A stretch of DNA of 64,000 bases from Candidatus Niyogibacteria bacterium RIFCSPLOWO2_01_FULL_45_48 (GTDB lineage Bacteria; Patescibacteriota; Minisyncoccia; HO2-45-28), in assembly GCA_001819395.1 (NCBI GenBank), contig MHMQ01000032.1, positions 20,150 to 84,149 of the forward strand. Reading direction: 5' to 3'. The first letter of the stretch is position 1, and each line of letters starts with the position of its first letter. Of the stretch, positions 8,994 to 18,562 are shown piece after piece. Made by a program: the position numbers and the translations under genes. The notes beneath the pieces are model-generated. The model had not been told where the DNA came from, did not search any database, and saw nothing but the letters and a program-made list of their open reading frames with translations.

Positions 8994-9013
8994 CCTGCCT
9001 GCCGGCAGGCGGG
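8994..9013. repeat. CCTGCCTGCCGGCAGGCAGG-type palindrome
   Basis: One mismatch to the perfect copy at 15702-15721. Confidence 0.7.
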
Positions 9014-9029
9014 GCTAAAATGGTCGTTT

Positions 9030-10022
9030 TTAAAGTCTTTTTGGTTTGTAGTCAGTGGGGGCTTCAGCTAAATATTTTTCTAGTTGTTTTCTGGTCAAGA
9101 GCCCTTTTTGCGCGCCTATTTGTTGGACGACTGACATTGAGTTGACCGGCCCCCACATGAGGGCGGTCGGAATGTCAAAACCGAGTGCCATGGCCGCGGT
9201 AAAAGTGGAAGAAAAAGAATCTCCGGCGCCGGTGCGTTCAAAGGGCGGTTTGGGGTCGGGATACATCGGCATATACCAGCATTCTTTGCCGTCGTGGGCG
9301 TAGGCGCCGTTCGGACCGTCGGTAATGACCGCAATTTTCGGGCCGAGCTCATGAATGCCCGAAAGTAATTTTTTAACGTCGCGCTCGCTTGTTTTTAAAA
9401 TTCGTTTGGCTTCGCCGACATTACAGAAAAAAAGTTCTGAAACAGAATAAATGTCGGCCAGCTGTTCCGAGCCCAGCTTTATCTGAAAAGTGCCGGGCTG
9501 GAATGCGAGTTTGGTTTCCGGATGGTTTTTGAGCCATTTGGCGATTTCGTGGTGGTAGGGAAGAGAGTTTTCCGCTAAAGACGAAAGATAGAGCCAGCGC
9601 GGGGCCGGAATATCCGGAAACTTATAATCGTATTCCTGGTGCTTTATTAAAATAGTCCGTTCTTCTTCATACCATAAAACATAATGATAGTTTGTTTCCT
9701 TGTCTTTATGGGTTTTGACGAATTCGGAGTTTACTTTTTCTTTTTTGAGTGTTTCCAGACATTCTTTGCCGTTTAGATCGTCGCCCATGTTTGAAACAAG
9801 ACCAGAAGCAAGGCCCAGGCGCGAGGCCGATACAGCGGCATTCGGGCTGTTGCCTACAGCCCGCACTACCTCCACGAATTCATAAGGCACCTTCTCGCCG
9901 AAGCTGAAACAGAGCTTGCAGTGCTCGCGGTTAATGTCGCAATTGACCGAGGCGTCTTTTATTCTGATAAAAGCATCTGTCGTAATGTCGCCCAAAGCGA
10001 CGAAATCCAGAGTTTTTTTCAT
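9030..10022 (-). CDS. PfkB family carbohydrate kinase
   Basis: GNSPNAAVSASRLG and ERTGAGDSF PfkB motifs. Confidence 0.9.
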   Translation of the reverse strand: MKKTLDFVALGDITTDAFIRIKDASVNCDINREHCKLCFSFGEKVPYEFVEVVRAVGNSPNAAVSASRLGLASGLVSNMGDDLNGKECLETLKKEKVNSEFVKTHKDKETNYHYVLWYEEERTILIKHQEYDYKFPDIPAPRWLYLSSLAENSLPYHHEIAKWLKNHPETKLAFQPGTFQIKLGSEQLADIYSVSELFFCNVGEAKRILKTSERDVKKLLSGIHELGPKIAVITDGPNGAYAHDGKECWYMPMYPDPKPPFERTGAGDSFSSTFTAAMALGFDIPTALMWGPVNSMSVVQQIGAQKGLLTRKQLEKYLAEAPTDYKPKRL

Positions 10023-10067
10023 AGGATTATTATAGCATCTGCCGAAGAATGTGTTAAAATGTGAATA

Positions 10068-10937
10068 ATGAAAATTCTTAAAGAGTATTTAGCGGAGGCT
10101 GGGAACGACGGCTTGGCCATAGGCCATTTCAACATTTCAAACCTTGTGCAGTTAAAAGGCATTTTATCAGCGGTAAAAAAGACGGGTGTTCCGGTAATGA
10201 TCGGGACGTCCGAGGGCGAGGCGGACTTTATCGGTTTTAAAATGGCCAGGGCCATGGTTGATGCGGTACGTGAGGAAACGGGGCTTCCGATATTTTTAAA
10301 CGCTGACCATTTTCACAGCTTTGAAAAAGTCAAAGAGGCGATTGACGCCGGATACGATTCTGTTTTGATTGACCTGTCGCGCGAGAATTATAAAAAAAAT
10401 CTGGAAGAAACCAAAAGGGTTGTTGAATACGCCCATAGCGTTAACCCAGCAATAAGCGTTGAAGGAGAGCTTGGTTATTTGGTGACCGAATCGTCAAAAG
10501 TGTACAAAGAGTCGTTTGAAATTCCTTCAGAATCGCTGACCAAGCCCGAAGAAGCCTTGAAATATGTAAACGAGACCGGTGTGGACAGATTCGCGCCAGC
10601 AGTCGGAAATTTGCACGGGATTGCGGCGAATGAACCGAAACTGGACTTCGAACTTATTAAAAAAATTCGGGCGGTTTTGCCTTCGGAAGTTGCGATGGTT
10701 TTACACGGAGGTTCTGGGATACCCGACGACCAGATGCGCGAGGCGGTCAAACTCGGTTTTAATAATATACATATTTCAACCGAAATCCGCGTGGCCTATG
10801 TTGACGCTCTTCGCAAAATGCTCGCCGCCGCCCCCGAAGAAACCACGCCCTATAAAATTTACAAACCAGTCATTGAGGCAGTTGCCTCCAAAACCGCCGA
10901 AAAACTGGAACTTTTCGGAAGTGTTAACAAAATTTAA
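10068..10937 (+). CDS. fba: Class II fructose-bisphosphate aldolase
   Basis: NADH, VEGELG, AVGNLHG, VLHGGSG. Confidence 0.92.
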   Translation: MKILKEYLAEAGNDGLAIGHFNISNLVQLKGILSAVKKTGVPVMIGTSEGEADFIGFKMARAMVDAVREETGLPIFLNADHFHSFEKVKEAIDAGYDSVLIDLSRENYKKNLEETKRVVEYAHSVNPAISVEGELGYLVTESSKVYKESFEIPSESLTKPEEALKYVNETGVDRFAPAVGNLHGIAANEPKLDFELIKKIRAVLPSEVAMVLHGGSGIPDDQMREAVKLGFNNIHISTEIRVAYVDALRKMLAAAPEETTPYKIYKPVIEAVASKTAEKLELFGSVNKI

Positions 10938-10948
10938 TATTAAGAATT

Positions 10949-11926
10949 ATGGAGAAAATATTTGTAACAAGGGCGGTTCCGGAGGCCGGAATAAATAAGT
11001 TAAAAGAAAAGGGATACGAGGTTGTCGTAAGTCCCAAAGACGGGGTTTTGGCGAAAGACGAATTGATCTCGGCGCTTAAGGCCGATAAATATGATGCAGT
11101 TTTATGTTTGTTGACAGATAAAATTGACGGAGATGTGCTGGACGCGGCAGGAAAGCAGACCAAAATTTTCGCAAATTACGCGGTTGGTTTTGATAACATT
11201 GACTTGAAAGCGGCCGAAGAGCGGGGAGTGATGATTACGAATACGCCGGGAGTTCTCACAAACACCGTTGCCGAACACACATTTGCTTTGATGCTTGCGA
11301 TATCGCATCGGATAGTTGAGGCGGATAAATTCACAAGGGCCGGTAAATATGACGGTTGGGCGCCGATGATGCTTTTGGGAAATGATTTGTCGGGCAAAAC
11401 AATCGGCGTTGTCGGCTTAGGGCGTATCGGTTCTCGCGTCGCGCATCACGCCTTCAACGGGTTTGACGCGAAAGTAATTTATAACGACATAAAAAGAAAT
11501 GAGGACTTTGAAAAAGAATTTGACGCTGTCTATAAAGAAAAACTGGAGGACCTGCTAAAAGAGGCCGACTATGTTTCAATACATGTTCCTCTTCTGGATT
11601 CAACGAGGCACTTAATAAATGCCGAGAGGTTGTCGCAAATGAAGCCGACAGCGTATTTGGTCAACACTTCCCGAGGCCCGATTGTGGACGAAAACGCTTT
11701 ATATGAAGCGTTGAAAAATAAAATTATAAAAGGAGCGGCAATTGATGTATTTGAAGAAGAGCCGAAGTTTGTTCCGGGCTTGGCCGAGTTGGATAATATC
11801 ATTTTAACCCCGCATATTGCATCAGCCACCGAGGAAACACGCAACGCCATGGCCGAACTTGCGGCCGAAAACGTAATTTCGGCTCTTGAGGGCCAAATCC
11901 CGCCCAATCTTGTCAAAAAGCAGTAA
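10949..11926 (+). CDS. D-2-hydroxyacid dehydrogenase (glyoxylate reductase/D-glycerate dehydrogenase-like)
   Basis: GLGRIG, NTSRG, DVFEEEP, TPHIAS. Confidence 0.9.
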   Translation: MEKIFVTRAVPEAGINKLKEKGYEVVVSPKDGVLAKDELISALKADKYDAVLCLLTDKIDGDVLDAAGKQTKIFANYAVGFDNIDLKAAEERGVMITNTPGVLTNTVAEHTFALMLAISHRIVEADKFTRAGKYDGWAPMMLLGNDLSGKTIGVVGLGRIGSRVAHHAFNGFDAKVIYNDIKRNEDFEKEFDAVYKEKLEDLLKEADYVSIHVPLLDSTRHLINAERLSQMKPTAYLVNTSRGPIVDENALYEALKNKIIKGAAIDVFEEEPKFVPGLAELDNIILTPHIASATEETRNAMAELAAENVISALEGQIPPNLVKKQ

Positions 11927-11947
11927 AAGGGCTATGCTCATTTAATC

Positions 11948-12649
11948 ATGCTTACTTTAAAAGCTCGGGCCAGAGCAGTTTTGGGCAAGGGAAATAAAAC
12001 TCTTCGCAAAAAAGAGCTTATTCCGGCCGTGGTGTACGGGGCGGGCGAGCCTTCAAAATCAATCGAATTGAACCTTAAAGATTTTCAAAAGACATGGAAA
12101 GAGGCTGGCGAATCGGGTTTAATCGAGCTCGAAATGGAAAGCGAGAAGAAAAATGTTTTAATTAAAGACGTTCAGCTTGACCCGGTTAAAGATTTACCGA
12201 TTCACGCCGATTTTTATGCCGTTAAAATGGACAGAATGATTGAGGCCGCCGTTCCCATTAAATTTATTGGCGAATCAGTCGCGGTAAAAAATCTGGGGGC
12301 GAACTTGATCAGAGTTATGCATGAACTTGATATTGAAGCTTTGCCCAAAGATCTCCCGCATGAGTTGGAGGTGGATATTTCCGGGCTTGCCAATTTCGAC
12401 GATAGGTTTTTGGTTTCGGATTTGAAGTTGCCGACCGGTGTCAAGGTTTTGGCCGGACCCGAAGAAATAATAGCTTTGATTGAAGAGGTTAAGGTTGCGG
12501 AAGAAGTTCCGGCCGAAGCGCCGAGTCTTGAGGGCATAGAGGTTGTGGACAAGAAAGGCAAGAAGGAGGAAGAAGGCGCAGAATCCGGATCTGCCGAAAC
12601 GGAAGCAAAACCGAAATCCGAAACCGTAGAGAAAAAAACAAAAAAGTAA
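11948..12649 (+). CDS. rplY: 50S ribosomal protein L25/Ctc
   Basis: IPAVVYG, HADFY, Ctc-type C-terminal domain. Confidence 0.93.
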   Translation: MLTLKARARAVLGKGNKTLRKKELIPAVVYGAGEPSKSIELNLKDFQKTWKEAGESGLIELEMESEKKNVLIKDVQLDPVKDLPIHADFYAVKMDRMIEAAVPIKFIGESVAVKNLGANLIRVMHELDIEALPKDLPHELEVDISGLANFDDRFLVSDLKLPTGVKVLAGPEEIIALIEEVKVAEEVPAEAPSLEGIEVVDKKGKKEEEGAESGSAETEAKPKSETVEKKTKK

Positions 12650-12663
12650 GCTATAATAAACTA

Positions 12664-13983
12664 ATGCTTAAAAACTTTAAGACCGCGCATGTGTTTGCGG
12701 TTTTGGCGCTTGGAATTTTTACAGCCGCCGCAGTGTTTGCCCAGACGGTAAATCCAGCCGATATTGGCGCAAGGCGAACTGAACTTGAGCAAGAACTTGC
12801 AGAACTTGAAAAAGAGGCCGAGGGACTGCGCGGCGTAATTTCCGGAAAACAGCAGGAATCGGCTTCTCTAGAGCGCGATATTTCAATACTTGATGCCCAG
12901 ATAAAAAAGGCCCAGCTTGAAATAAGGGCGCGGGATATATCTATAAGTAATATTACCGCGAGTATAGGAGAAAAGTCGGAAAAGATAGATGAGCTTTTAC
13001 TGAAAGTTGAACGGGAAAAAGACTCTCTCTCCGAGCTTATGCGCCGTCTCGACGAGCTGGATAAGGTTTCTTTGATTGAAACTCTTTTGGGCGGAGACAA
13101 TTTGTCTGAATTTTTCGCGGAACTTGACAGCCTCGAGTCAATCCAGCAATCTGTGCACGGCTCTATATCGCTTATAAAGGAAACTAAATCTTTGACCGAA
13201 GAGGAAATAGACAGTTTGGAATCCCGTAAAGCAGAAGAAACCCAGCTAAGAGGACTGCAGGTTTTGGAGAAGCGCAGGGTTGAAGAGCGGGAAGCCGAAA
13301 GAAAAAATATACTTAAAATTACCAAGGGACAGGAAGCCGAATATCAGAAGGTTTTAACCGCCAAACAAAAAGACGCGGCCACTATAAGGAGCCAGCTTTT
13401 TTTGCTGACCGGCTCTCCCGATATTCCTTTTGAGAAGGCGGTTGAACTCGCGAATAAAGCTTTTCAAAAAACGGGCGTTCGTCCGGCGTTTCTTTTGGGG
13501 GTTATAGCGGAGGAATCCAACCTTGGCGCGAATGTCGGAACAGGAAATTGGCGGGTTGACTTGTCTCATTCAAGGTGCGCTAAACAACGCGACGCGTTTG
13601 TGCAGATTACTTCGGAGCTGGGCCTCAATCCCGATTTGATGCCTGTTTCAAAAAAGGCCTGGTATGGCTACTGCGGAGGGGCGATGGGGCCTGCGCAGTT
13701 TATACCAACGACGTGGCAGTTATATAAAAATCTTGTAGCAAAACATACGGGACATAATCCGCCAAACCCCTGGGAACCCGAAGACGCATTTGTGGCATCA
13801 GCCCTACTTTTAAAAGACAACGGCGCGGCCGAAGGAACCTATACTGCCGAACGCAGGGCGGCCTTGAGATATCTTGCCGGCTCAAACTGGCAAAAATCAT
13901 CCTATGCTTTTTACGGAGATGATGTAATGGCTTTGGCCTCGAAATACCAGGAACAGATGAATATAATTCTTGCGCAAAGGTAG
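12664..13983 (+). CDS. Coiled-coil protein with C-terminal lytic transglycosylase domain
   Basis: Signal peptide, long coiled coil, EESNLG...GAMGPAQFIPTTW. Confidence 0.85.
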   Translation: MLKNFKTAHVFAVLALGIFTAAAVFAQTVNPADIGARRTELEQELAELEKEAEGLRGVISGKQQESASLERDISILDAQIKKAQLEIRARDISISNITASIGEKSEKIDELLLKVEREKDSLSELMRRLDELDKVSLIETLLGGDNLSEFFAELDSLESIQQSVHGSISLIKETKSLTEEEIDSLESRKAEETQLRGLQVLEKRRVEEREAERKNILKITKGQEAEYQKVLTAKQKDAATIRSQLFLLTGSPDIPFEKAVELANKAFQKTGVRPAFLLGVIAEESNLGANVGTGNWRVDLSHSRCAKQRDAFVQITSELGLNPDLMPVSKKAWYGYCGGAMGPAQFIPTTWQLYKNLVAKHTGHNPPNPWEPEDAFVASALLLKDNGAAEGTYTAERRAALRYLAGSNWQKSSYAFYGDDVMALASKYQEQMNIILAQR

Positions 13984-14033
13984 GGTTTGTGTTAAGTTTT
14001 GGGCGGTTGGACTTTGAGAGAGGAGGATTTGGT

Positions 14034-14780
14034 TTGAAAAGAGTGGTAATTATCACCGGCGCTTCGGGAGGAATAGGTCGAGCGGTTTCGAATTTATTTC
14101 AGTCAAGATGCGACATAATGAATACGGCGATAATTTGGGTTGACCGCCCTTTGGCAAGTCCCGTGGGCCTGGCTTGTAATCACAAATTTGTTCCTCTTGA
14201 TGTGACAGATAAATTTTCTTTTGCTCAAGGAATAAAAAATGTTTTGTCGTGGTATGTTAATCGTGGTCTCGTGTTGATAAATGCCGCGGGTGTTTTGCCC
14301 CCGCCCTCTCCTTTTGTAAAAACGAGCGAAGAAACAATAGAAAAAATACTCGCTGTTAATCTTCGTGGGACGATGAATTGCTGTAAGGCCGTTTTGCCGA
14401 TTATGCGCGAGCAAGGATACGGAAGAATCGTAAACGTTTCTTCAACCGCGGCGCAGAGCGGAGATCCGGGGAATACGGCTTACGCTGTATCCAAAGCCGC
14501 GGTGGAAAAACTGACAAAACAGCTTGCGATTGAAGCTCCTTTTAACAAAGACGGCGAGCCGTTTGACATAACCGTAAACGCAGTCGCGCCCGGAATCGTG
14601 GATACTCCGATGACCGCCGGCCTTTCTGAAAAAGCACTTGAGAAATATTTTGAACGCTCTCCCTTAAAAAGAAAAATAAAGCCGGAAGAAGTGGCCGAAG
14701 CCGTATACTTTTTGGCTACAGTTTCAGCCGCGATCAACGGCATTATTCTGCCGGTAGACGGCGGATACCTCGCGAGCTAA
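14034..14780 (+). CDS. Short-chain dehydrogenase/reductase (FabG-like)
   Basis: TGASGGIG, NAAG, YAVSK, VNAVAPG; TTG start after AGGAGG. Confidence 0.88.
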   Translation: MKRVVIITGASGGIGRAVSNLFQSRCDIMNTAIIWVDRPLASPVGLACNHKFVPLDVTDKFSFAQGIKNVLSWYVNRGLVLINAAGVLPPPSPFVKTSEETIEKILAVNLRGTMNCCKAVLPIMREQGYGRIVNVSSTAAQSGDPGNTAYAVSKAAVEKLTKQLAIEAPFNKDGEPFDITVNAVAPGIVDTPMTAGLSEKALEKYFERSPLKRKIKPEEVAEAVYFLATVSAAINGIILPVDGGYLAS

Positions 14781-14786
14781 CTTTTA

Positions 14787-14815
14787 AAATGTCGAACCTT
14801 CCAGGTTCGACATTT
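14787..14815. repeat. Palindrome/terminator-like hairpin
   Basis: AAATGTCGAACCT-TCC-AGGTTCGACATTT. Confidence 0.6.
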
Positions 14816-15018
14816 GTTTTGAGTTTTTATTTTTTTCTAAATGGTGCTGATTTAAAGCGATAGCAGATTTTTAGCACCTTTTTATTTTTTGACCAGTTGT
14901 TAAATTCGTCCATATGGTAAAAAATGACAACTTTTAGAAACATAGTCCAAAATCTATTCTCAAATTCTCAAGAATATTGGAATAGATTTAATTAAGCGCA
15001 AGCAAGGGTTTAAATGAC

Positions 15019-15071
15019 TTGACAACAATGTTTTCCAGGCTTAATATTGGCGAGAGTAAGTTCTTTAAAAA
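15019..15071 (+). promoter_or_regulatory. Promoter plus boxA-like leader element
   Basis: TTGACA-17-TAATAT followed by GTTCTTTAAAAA (15060-15071). Confidence 0.5.
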
Positions 15072-15091
15072 GAGAGGGGGGGTAGGGCGCG

Positions 15092-15562
15092 ATGGCTGCC
15101 ATAAACGAAATTCTTTTTAGATATAACCGCTGCACACAGGAAGTCAAAGAAGCCGTAAATGTTTTATACACACAACTCGAAGGCTTGCAAAAATTGAGAA
15201 GGGAAATGAGGGGCTGTTTGGAAGGGTTGTGGGGAGCGTTGATGTGCGCTGTTGTCATGGCTTTTGTGGTCATACCGTTGATGTCAGGTTTTTTGCCAGC
15301 ACTTTTAGTTTTCGGAAAAAACTGGTTTTTTGTCGCGAGCTTCGTTTTGTGGTTTTTTGCGGTTTCTTTTATAAATTATATGACCGGATGGCGCATTTCT
15401 AAGCCGTATTTTGATGCGAAACGTCTGGAGTTGAAGAAAACCTTTTCGGGGTATGTAAACGAAAAAGACATTTTGGCTCTGCGATTTGTGTACGAATTTG
15501 ATCCTGATTTGGTAAGGTTGGCGGATCTTGAGTGGTTAGTTGCAAAACTGCGGGTTGATTAA
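15092..15562 (+). CDS. Hypothetical 2-TM membrane protein
   Basis: 156 aa ORF with own promoter and G-rich SD. Confidence 0.7.
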   Translation: MAAINEILFRYNRCTQEVKEAVNVLYTQLEGLQKLRREMRGCLEGLWGALMCAVVMAFVVIPLMSGFLPALLVFGKNWFFVASFVLWFFAVSFINYMTGWRISKPYFDAKRLELKKTFSGYVNEKDILALRFVYEFDPDLVRLADLEWLVAKLRVD

Positions 15563-15578
15563 AATATTATCAAAACAC

Positions 15579-15607
15579 AACTCGGATACACCGTATCCGA
15601 GTTTTTT
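15579..15607. terminator. Bidirectional terminator-like hairpin
   Basis: AACTCGGATAC-ACC-GTATCCGAGTT between convergent genes. Confidence 0.65.
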
Positions 15608-15727
15608 ATTTTTCCTGTTTTTGGAATGCTTTAACCACAGGATCCATGTCTCCGGACAAAATTCGCTCAATATTGTGCCACTTTTTGCCGATACGATGGT
15701 CCCTGCCTGCCGGCAGGCAGGGGTGAT
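15606..15727 (-). pseudogene. Displaced alternative prfA 3' end (IT|DHRIGKKWHNIERILSGDMDPVVKAFQKQEK*)
   Basis: 21/30 aa identical to the prfA C-terminus; interrupted by a 20-bp palindrome. Confidence 0.85.
15702..15721. repeat. Perfect 20-bp palindrome
   Basis: CCTGCCTGCCGGCAGGCAGG. Confidence 0.85.
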
Positions 15728-15732
15728 GTTAT

Positions 15733-16461
15733 CTATTTTTCAAAAGCCTTTATTATTGGGTCAAGGTTCCCTCCGAGTACTTTTTCAATATTATGGAATT
15801 TTTTACCTATTCTATGATCAGTAATCCTATCATCGGGAAAATTGTAAGTGCGGATTTTTTCGGAGCGGTCTTGCGTTCCGATCTGTTCTCTTCGCTGTTC
15901 TGTGGCGGAACCAGCTATTTTTTTCTCTTCCAGTTCAATGAGTTTTGAACGCAAAATATCCATTGCCCGTTCGCGGTTTGCCTGTTGTGAACGCTGGTCT
16001 TGCGAAAGCACCATCAATCCCGAGGATTTATGGACGACACGGACAGCCGTCTCCAATTTGTTGACGTTTTGCCCTCCGGGCCCGCTGGATCGGGTAAAAG
16101 AGATCTCAATATCCTGGGGTTTTATTTCAAAAGCTTCTATCGGATAAATTGGTAAAACCACCACAGACGCGGTGGAAGTATGGATTCGTCCCGATTTTTC
16201 CGTTGCGGGAATCCTCTGGACTCTATGTACCCCGGCTTCCTGTTTTAATTTTTCGTAAGCTTCCTGGTTTACTATTTCCATCACGAACTCTTTATATCCG
16301 CCCAGGTCGCTTGCCGACGAGCTTACAAAAACAGTTTTCCAGCCCTGCTTCTGGGAGTATTTTGTGTACATGTTCGCGAGCAGAGACGCAAATAAAGAAG
16401 CCTCCTGGCCTCCGGCGCCGGCTCTTATTTCCAGAATTATTGACTTTGGCGCCGAACTCAT
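15733..16461 (-). CDS. prfA: Peptide chain release factor 1, short form lacking domain 1
   Basis: EIRAGAGG, HRVQRIPATE (PxT), GPGGQNVN, RTYNF. Confidence 0.9.
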   Translation of the reverse strand: MSSAPKSIILEIRAGAGGQEASLFASLLANMYTKYSQKQGWKTVFVSSSASDLGGYKEFVMEIVNQEAYEKLKQEAGVHRVQRIPATEKSGRIHTSTASVVVLPIYPIEAFEIKPQDIEISFTRSSGPGGQNVNKLETAVRVVHKSSGLMVLSQDQRSQQANRERAMDILRSKLIELEEKKIAGSATEQRREQIGTQDRSEKIRTYNFPDDRITDHRIGKKFHNIEKVLGGNLDPIIKAFEK

Positions 16462-16694
16462 TTACCTTTTTTTACCGCACTCTTTGTTTTTGTCGCCCGT
16501 TCTCTTTTGGCTCTGAACTTCTCAACGCGTCCTGCGGTGTCAATTAGCTTTTCCTGTCCGGTAAAAAACGGGTGGCAATTGGCGCAGATTTCCACCTCTA
16601 TTTTTTCTTTGGCCGAGCCGATCTTATAAGTTTTTCCGCAGGCGCATTTTATAGTCGCTTGGGGATAATATGCCGGATGTGTATCTTTTTTCAT
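16458..16694 (-). CDS. rpmE: 50S ribosomal protein L31
   Basis: MKKDTHP, CACG, CANCHPFFTG, GRVEKF. Confidence 0.95.
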   Translation of the reverse strand: MKKDTHPAYYPQATIKCACGKTYKIGSAKEKIEVEICANCHPFFTGQEKLIDTAGRVEKFRAKRERATKTKSAVKKGK

Positions 16695-16758
16695 GGTTTA
16701 AAGTTTAGCATAAAACTCGGACTTGCGCAATTGCTGGCAATGCCTTAAAATACCACCT

Positions 16759-17535
16759 ATGCCTGAAACCGAACTTAAAGAGCTTTCAGCGCCAATAAAC
16801 GTTGACCCCGAAATAGAAGAAATGTTCCGGGCCGGTTTGCATTTGGGCTATTCCAGGACCCGCCGGCATCCCAAAATGAAGCCGTATATATTTGGGTTGC
16901 GCAACAACATAGAAGTTTTTGACTTGGAAAAAGTTCGGGAAAAATTGCGTGAGGCCGAGGAGTTTTTGAAACAACTGGCATCCGAGCGCGGGATAATACT
17001 TATAGTCGGCTCAAAGCCGTCTGCCGCGCCACTTGTGGAAAAAGCCGGAGAAGAGCTGGGTATGCCGTATTCGGTTAGGCGGTGGCCGGGCGGATTTTTG
17101 ACCAATTTTGCCTCTCTTAAAAAGCGCGTTGAGCACCTTGAGGATTTAAAAGAAAAAAAATCATCGGGAGAACTTGCCAAATACACAAAGAAAGAACAGC
17201 TGGTTTTAGGAGACGAGATCATAAGACTTGAACGCAAATTCTATGGTTTGACGTCCCTTAAAAAATTGCCGGACGTGATGCTGATTATAGATCCGGGAGA
17301 AGAAAAAACCGCAACGACGGAAGCGCGCAAAATAGGTCTTAAAACTGTGGGAATCATGAATCTGGACTGCGACCCCGGTTTCGTGTCCTATCCAATTCCG
17401 GCCAATGACTCGGCCCATTCCAGCATTAAGTATGTTTTGGACCGTCTTGTCGCCGCATATAAATCCGGAGCCCAAATCGCCCCGGAACTAGCGGAAAAAA
17501 AAGAAAGCGAGACAAAAAAAGAAAAAGATGCCTGA
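16759..17535 (+). CDS. rpsB: 30S ribosomal protein S2
   Basis: AGLHLG, HPKMKPYI, RWPGGFLTN, IPAND; ATG 16759 preferred. Confidence 0.95.
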   Translation: MPETELKELSAPINVDPEIEEMFRAGLHLGYSRTRRHPKMKPYIFGLRNNIEVFDLEKVREKLREAEEFLKQLASERGIILIVGSKPSAAPLVEKAGEELGMPYSVRRWPGGFLTNFASLKKRVEHLEDLKEKKSSGELAKYTKKEQLVLGDEIIRLERKFYGLTSLKKLPDVMLIIDPGEEKTATTEARKIGLKTVGIMNLDCDPGFVSYPIPANDSAHSSIKYVLDRLVAAYKSGAQIAPELAEKKESETKKEKDA

Positions 17536-17977
17536 TCTGGAGACCATAAAAAAACTTCGTTCAATTTGCGGGGCCTCAATGACTGACTGCAAAAGAGCTC
17601 TTGTGGAAGCCGGGGACGATCTCGGTAAAGCTCTTGAAATATTAAAAGAGCGCGGAGCTGAAATTGCCGAAAAAAAGGCATCCAGGGAAACCAAAGCCGG
17701 GGTCGTGGACGTCTACCTTCATTCCGATCGCAAGCTTGGCGCGATAGTCGAATTGAGAACTGAAACCGACTTTGTGGCGCGTACGGACGAATTTAAGGCG
17801 CTTGCGCACGATCTGGCAATGCAGATAGCGGCAGAGGGAGCGGAAAATACCGAAGAATTGTTGGTCCAGCCGTTTATAAAAGACCAATCAAAAACCGTAG
17901 GGGACTGTATCAAGGAGGCCACCGCTAAATTCGGGGAAAAAATAGAAGTGGCGAAGTTTTACAGAATAAACTTATAA
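17528..17977 (+). CDS. tsf: Elongation factor Ts (short form)
   Basis: IKKLR...GASMTDCKRAL, ETDFVAR. Confidence 0.92.
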   Translation: MPDLETIKKLRSICGASMTDCKRALVEAGDDLGKALEILKERGAEIAEKKASRETKAGVVDVYLHSDRKLGAIVELRTETDFVARTDEFKALAHDLAMQIAAEGAENTEELLVQPFIKDQSKTVGDCIKEATAKFGEKIEVAKFYRINL

Positions 17978-17984
17978 TTAAATT

Positions 17985-18443
17985 ATGTTTACTTTTATTT
18001 TTTTCGCATCCCTCGCGGCCTTAAGCGCTGTTGGCGCTCTTTTGTTGGTCGGGTGGCAGATTTTGTCTTTGCGGTCTTTGTCCGAAAACGAACAAAAATC
18101 CAAAGCGGATGTCCTCCCGCCGTTTTTTGACTTTGTGCGCGAGGACGTTGTCCGGCCTTTTGAGGAGTTTGTGGCAGGCACTGTCAGGCCGGCCATGTTT
18201 AAAATCGGAGAAAAATTCTTACGCCGATTCAGGCTATTGGTTTTAAGGGCTGAAGCTCTTTTGCACCGCCTTTCCGACTACTTTCACGGAAAACGAATTG
18301 CTATTAAAAATGGCAACGGCGCATCTTCCCAATCCGGAAACGGCGGAAGTAAAAACTCCGAGTTTTGGGGCGAGATGCGTGAATTTAAAAACGGCCCGCA
18401 GAACAACCCCGATAACAATAAAACAAAAGATTCTGAAAAATAA
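17985..18443 (+). CDS. Hypothetical membrane-anchored protein
   Basis: N-terminal TM, 152 aa, co-oriented after tsf. Confidence 0.65.
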   Translation: MFTFIFFASLAALSAVGALLLVGWQILSLRSLSENEQKSKADVLPPFFDFVREDVVRPFEEFVAGTVRPAMFKIGEKFLRRFRLLVLRAEALLHRLSDYFHGKRIAIKNGNGASSQSGNGGSKNSEFWGEMREFKNGPQNNPDNNKTKDSEK

Positions 18444-18447
18444 AAAA

Positions 18448-18522
18448 GCCGCCCTAGCTCAACGGCAGAGCAACGGTTTTGTAAACCGTAGGTTCCGAGT
18501 TCGAATCTCGGGGGCGGCTCCA
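18448..18522 (+). tRNA. tRNA-Thr(TGT)
   Basis: Acceptor GCCGCCC/GGGCGGC, anticodon arm ACGGT-TTTGTAA-ACCGT, GTTCGAATC, encoded CCA. Confidence 0.95.
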
Positions 18523-18532
18523 GAATCAAAAT

Positions 18533-18562
18533 AACCCCGTTCCGATGTCGGAACGGGGTTTT
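18533..18562. terminator. Bidirectional terminator hairpin
   Basis: AACCCCGTTCCGA-TG-TCGGAACGGGGTTTT. Confidence 0.7.

Noticed and set aside
12651-13325. Long antisense ORFs (also 30092-30751, 37579-38091, 52918-53655)
   Set aside because: These are codon-bias shadows of well-supported sense genes.
15540-15824. 94-aa plus-strand ORF
   Set aside because: It is the antisense shadow of prfA and its relic tail.
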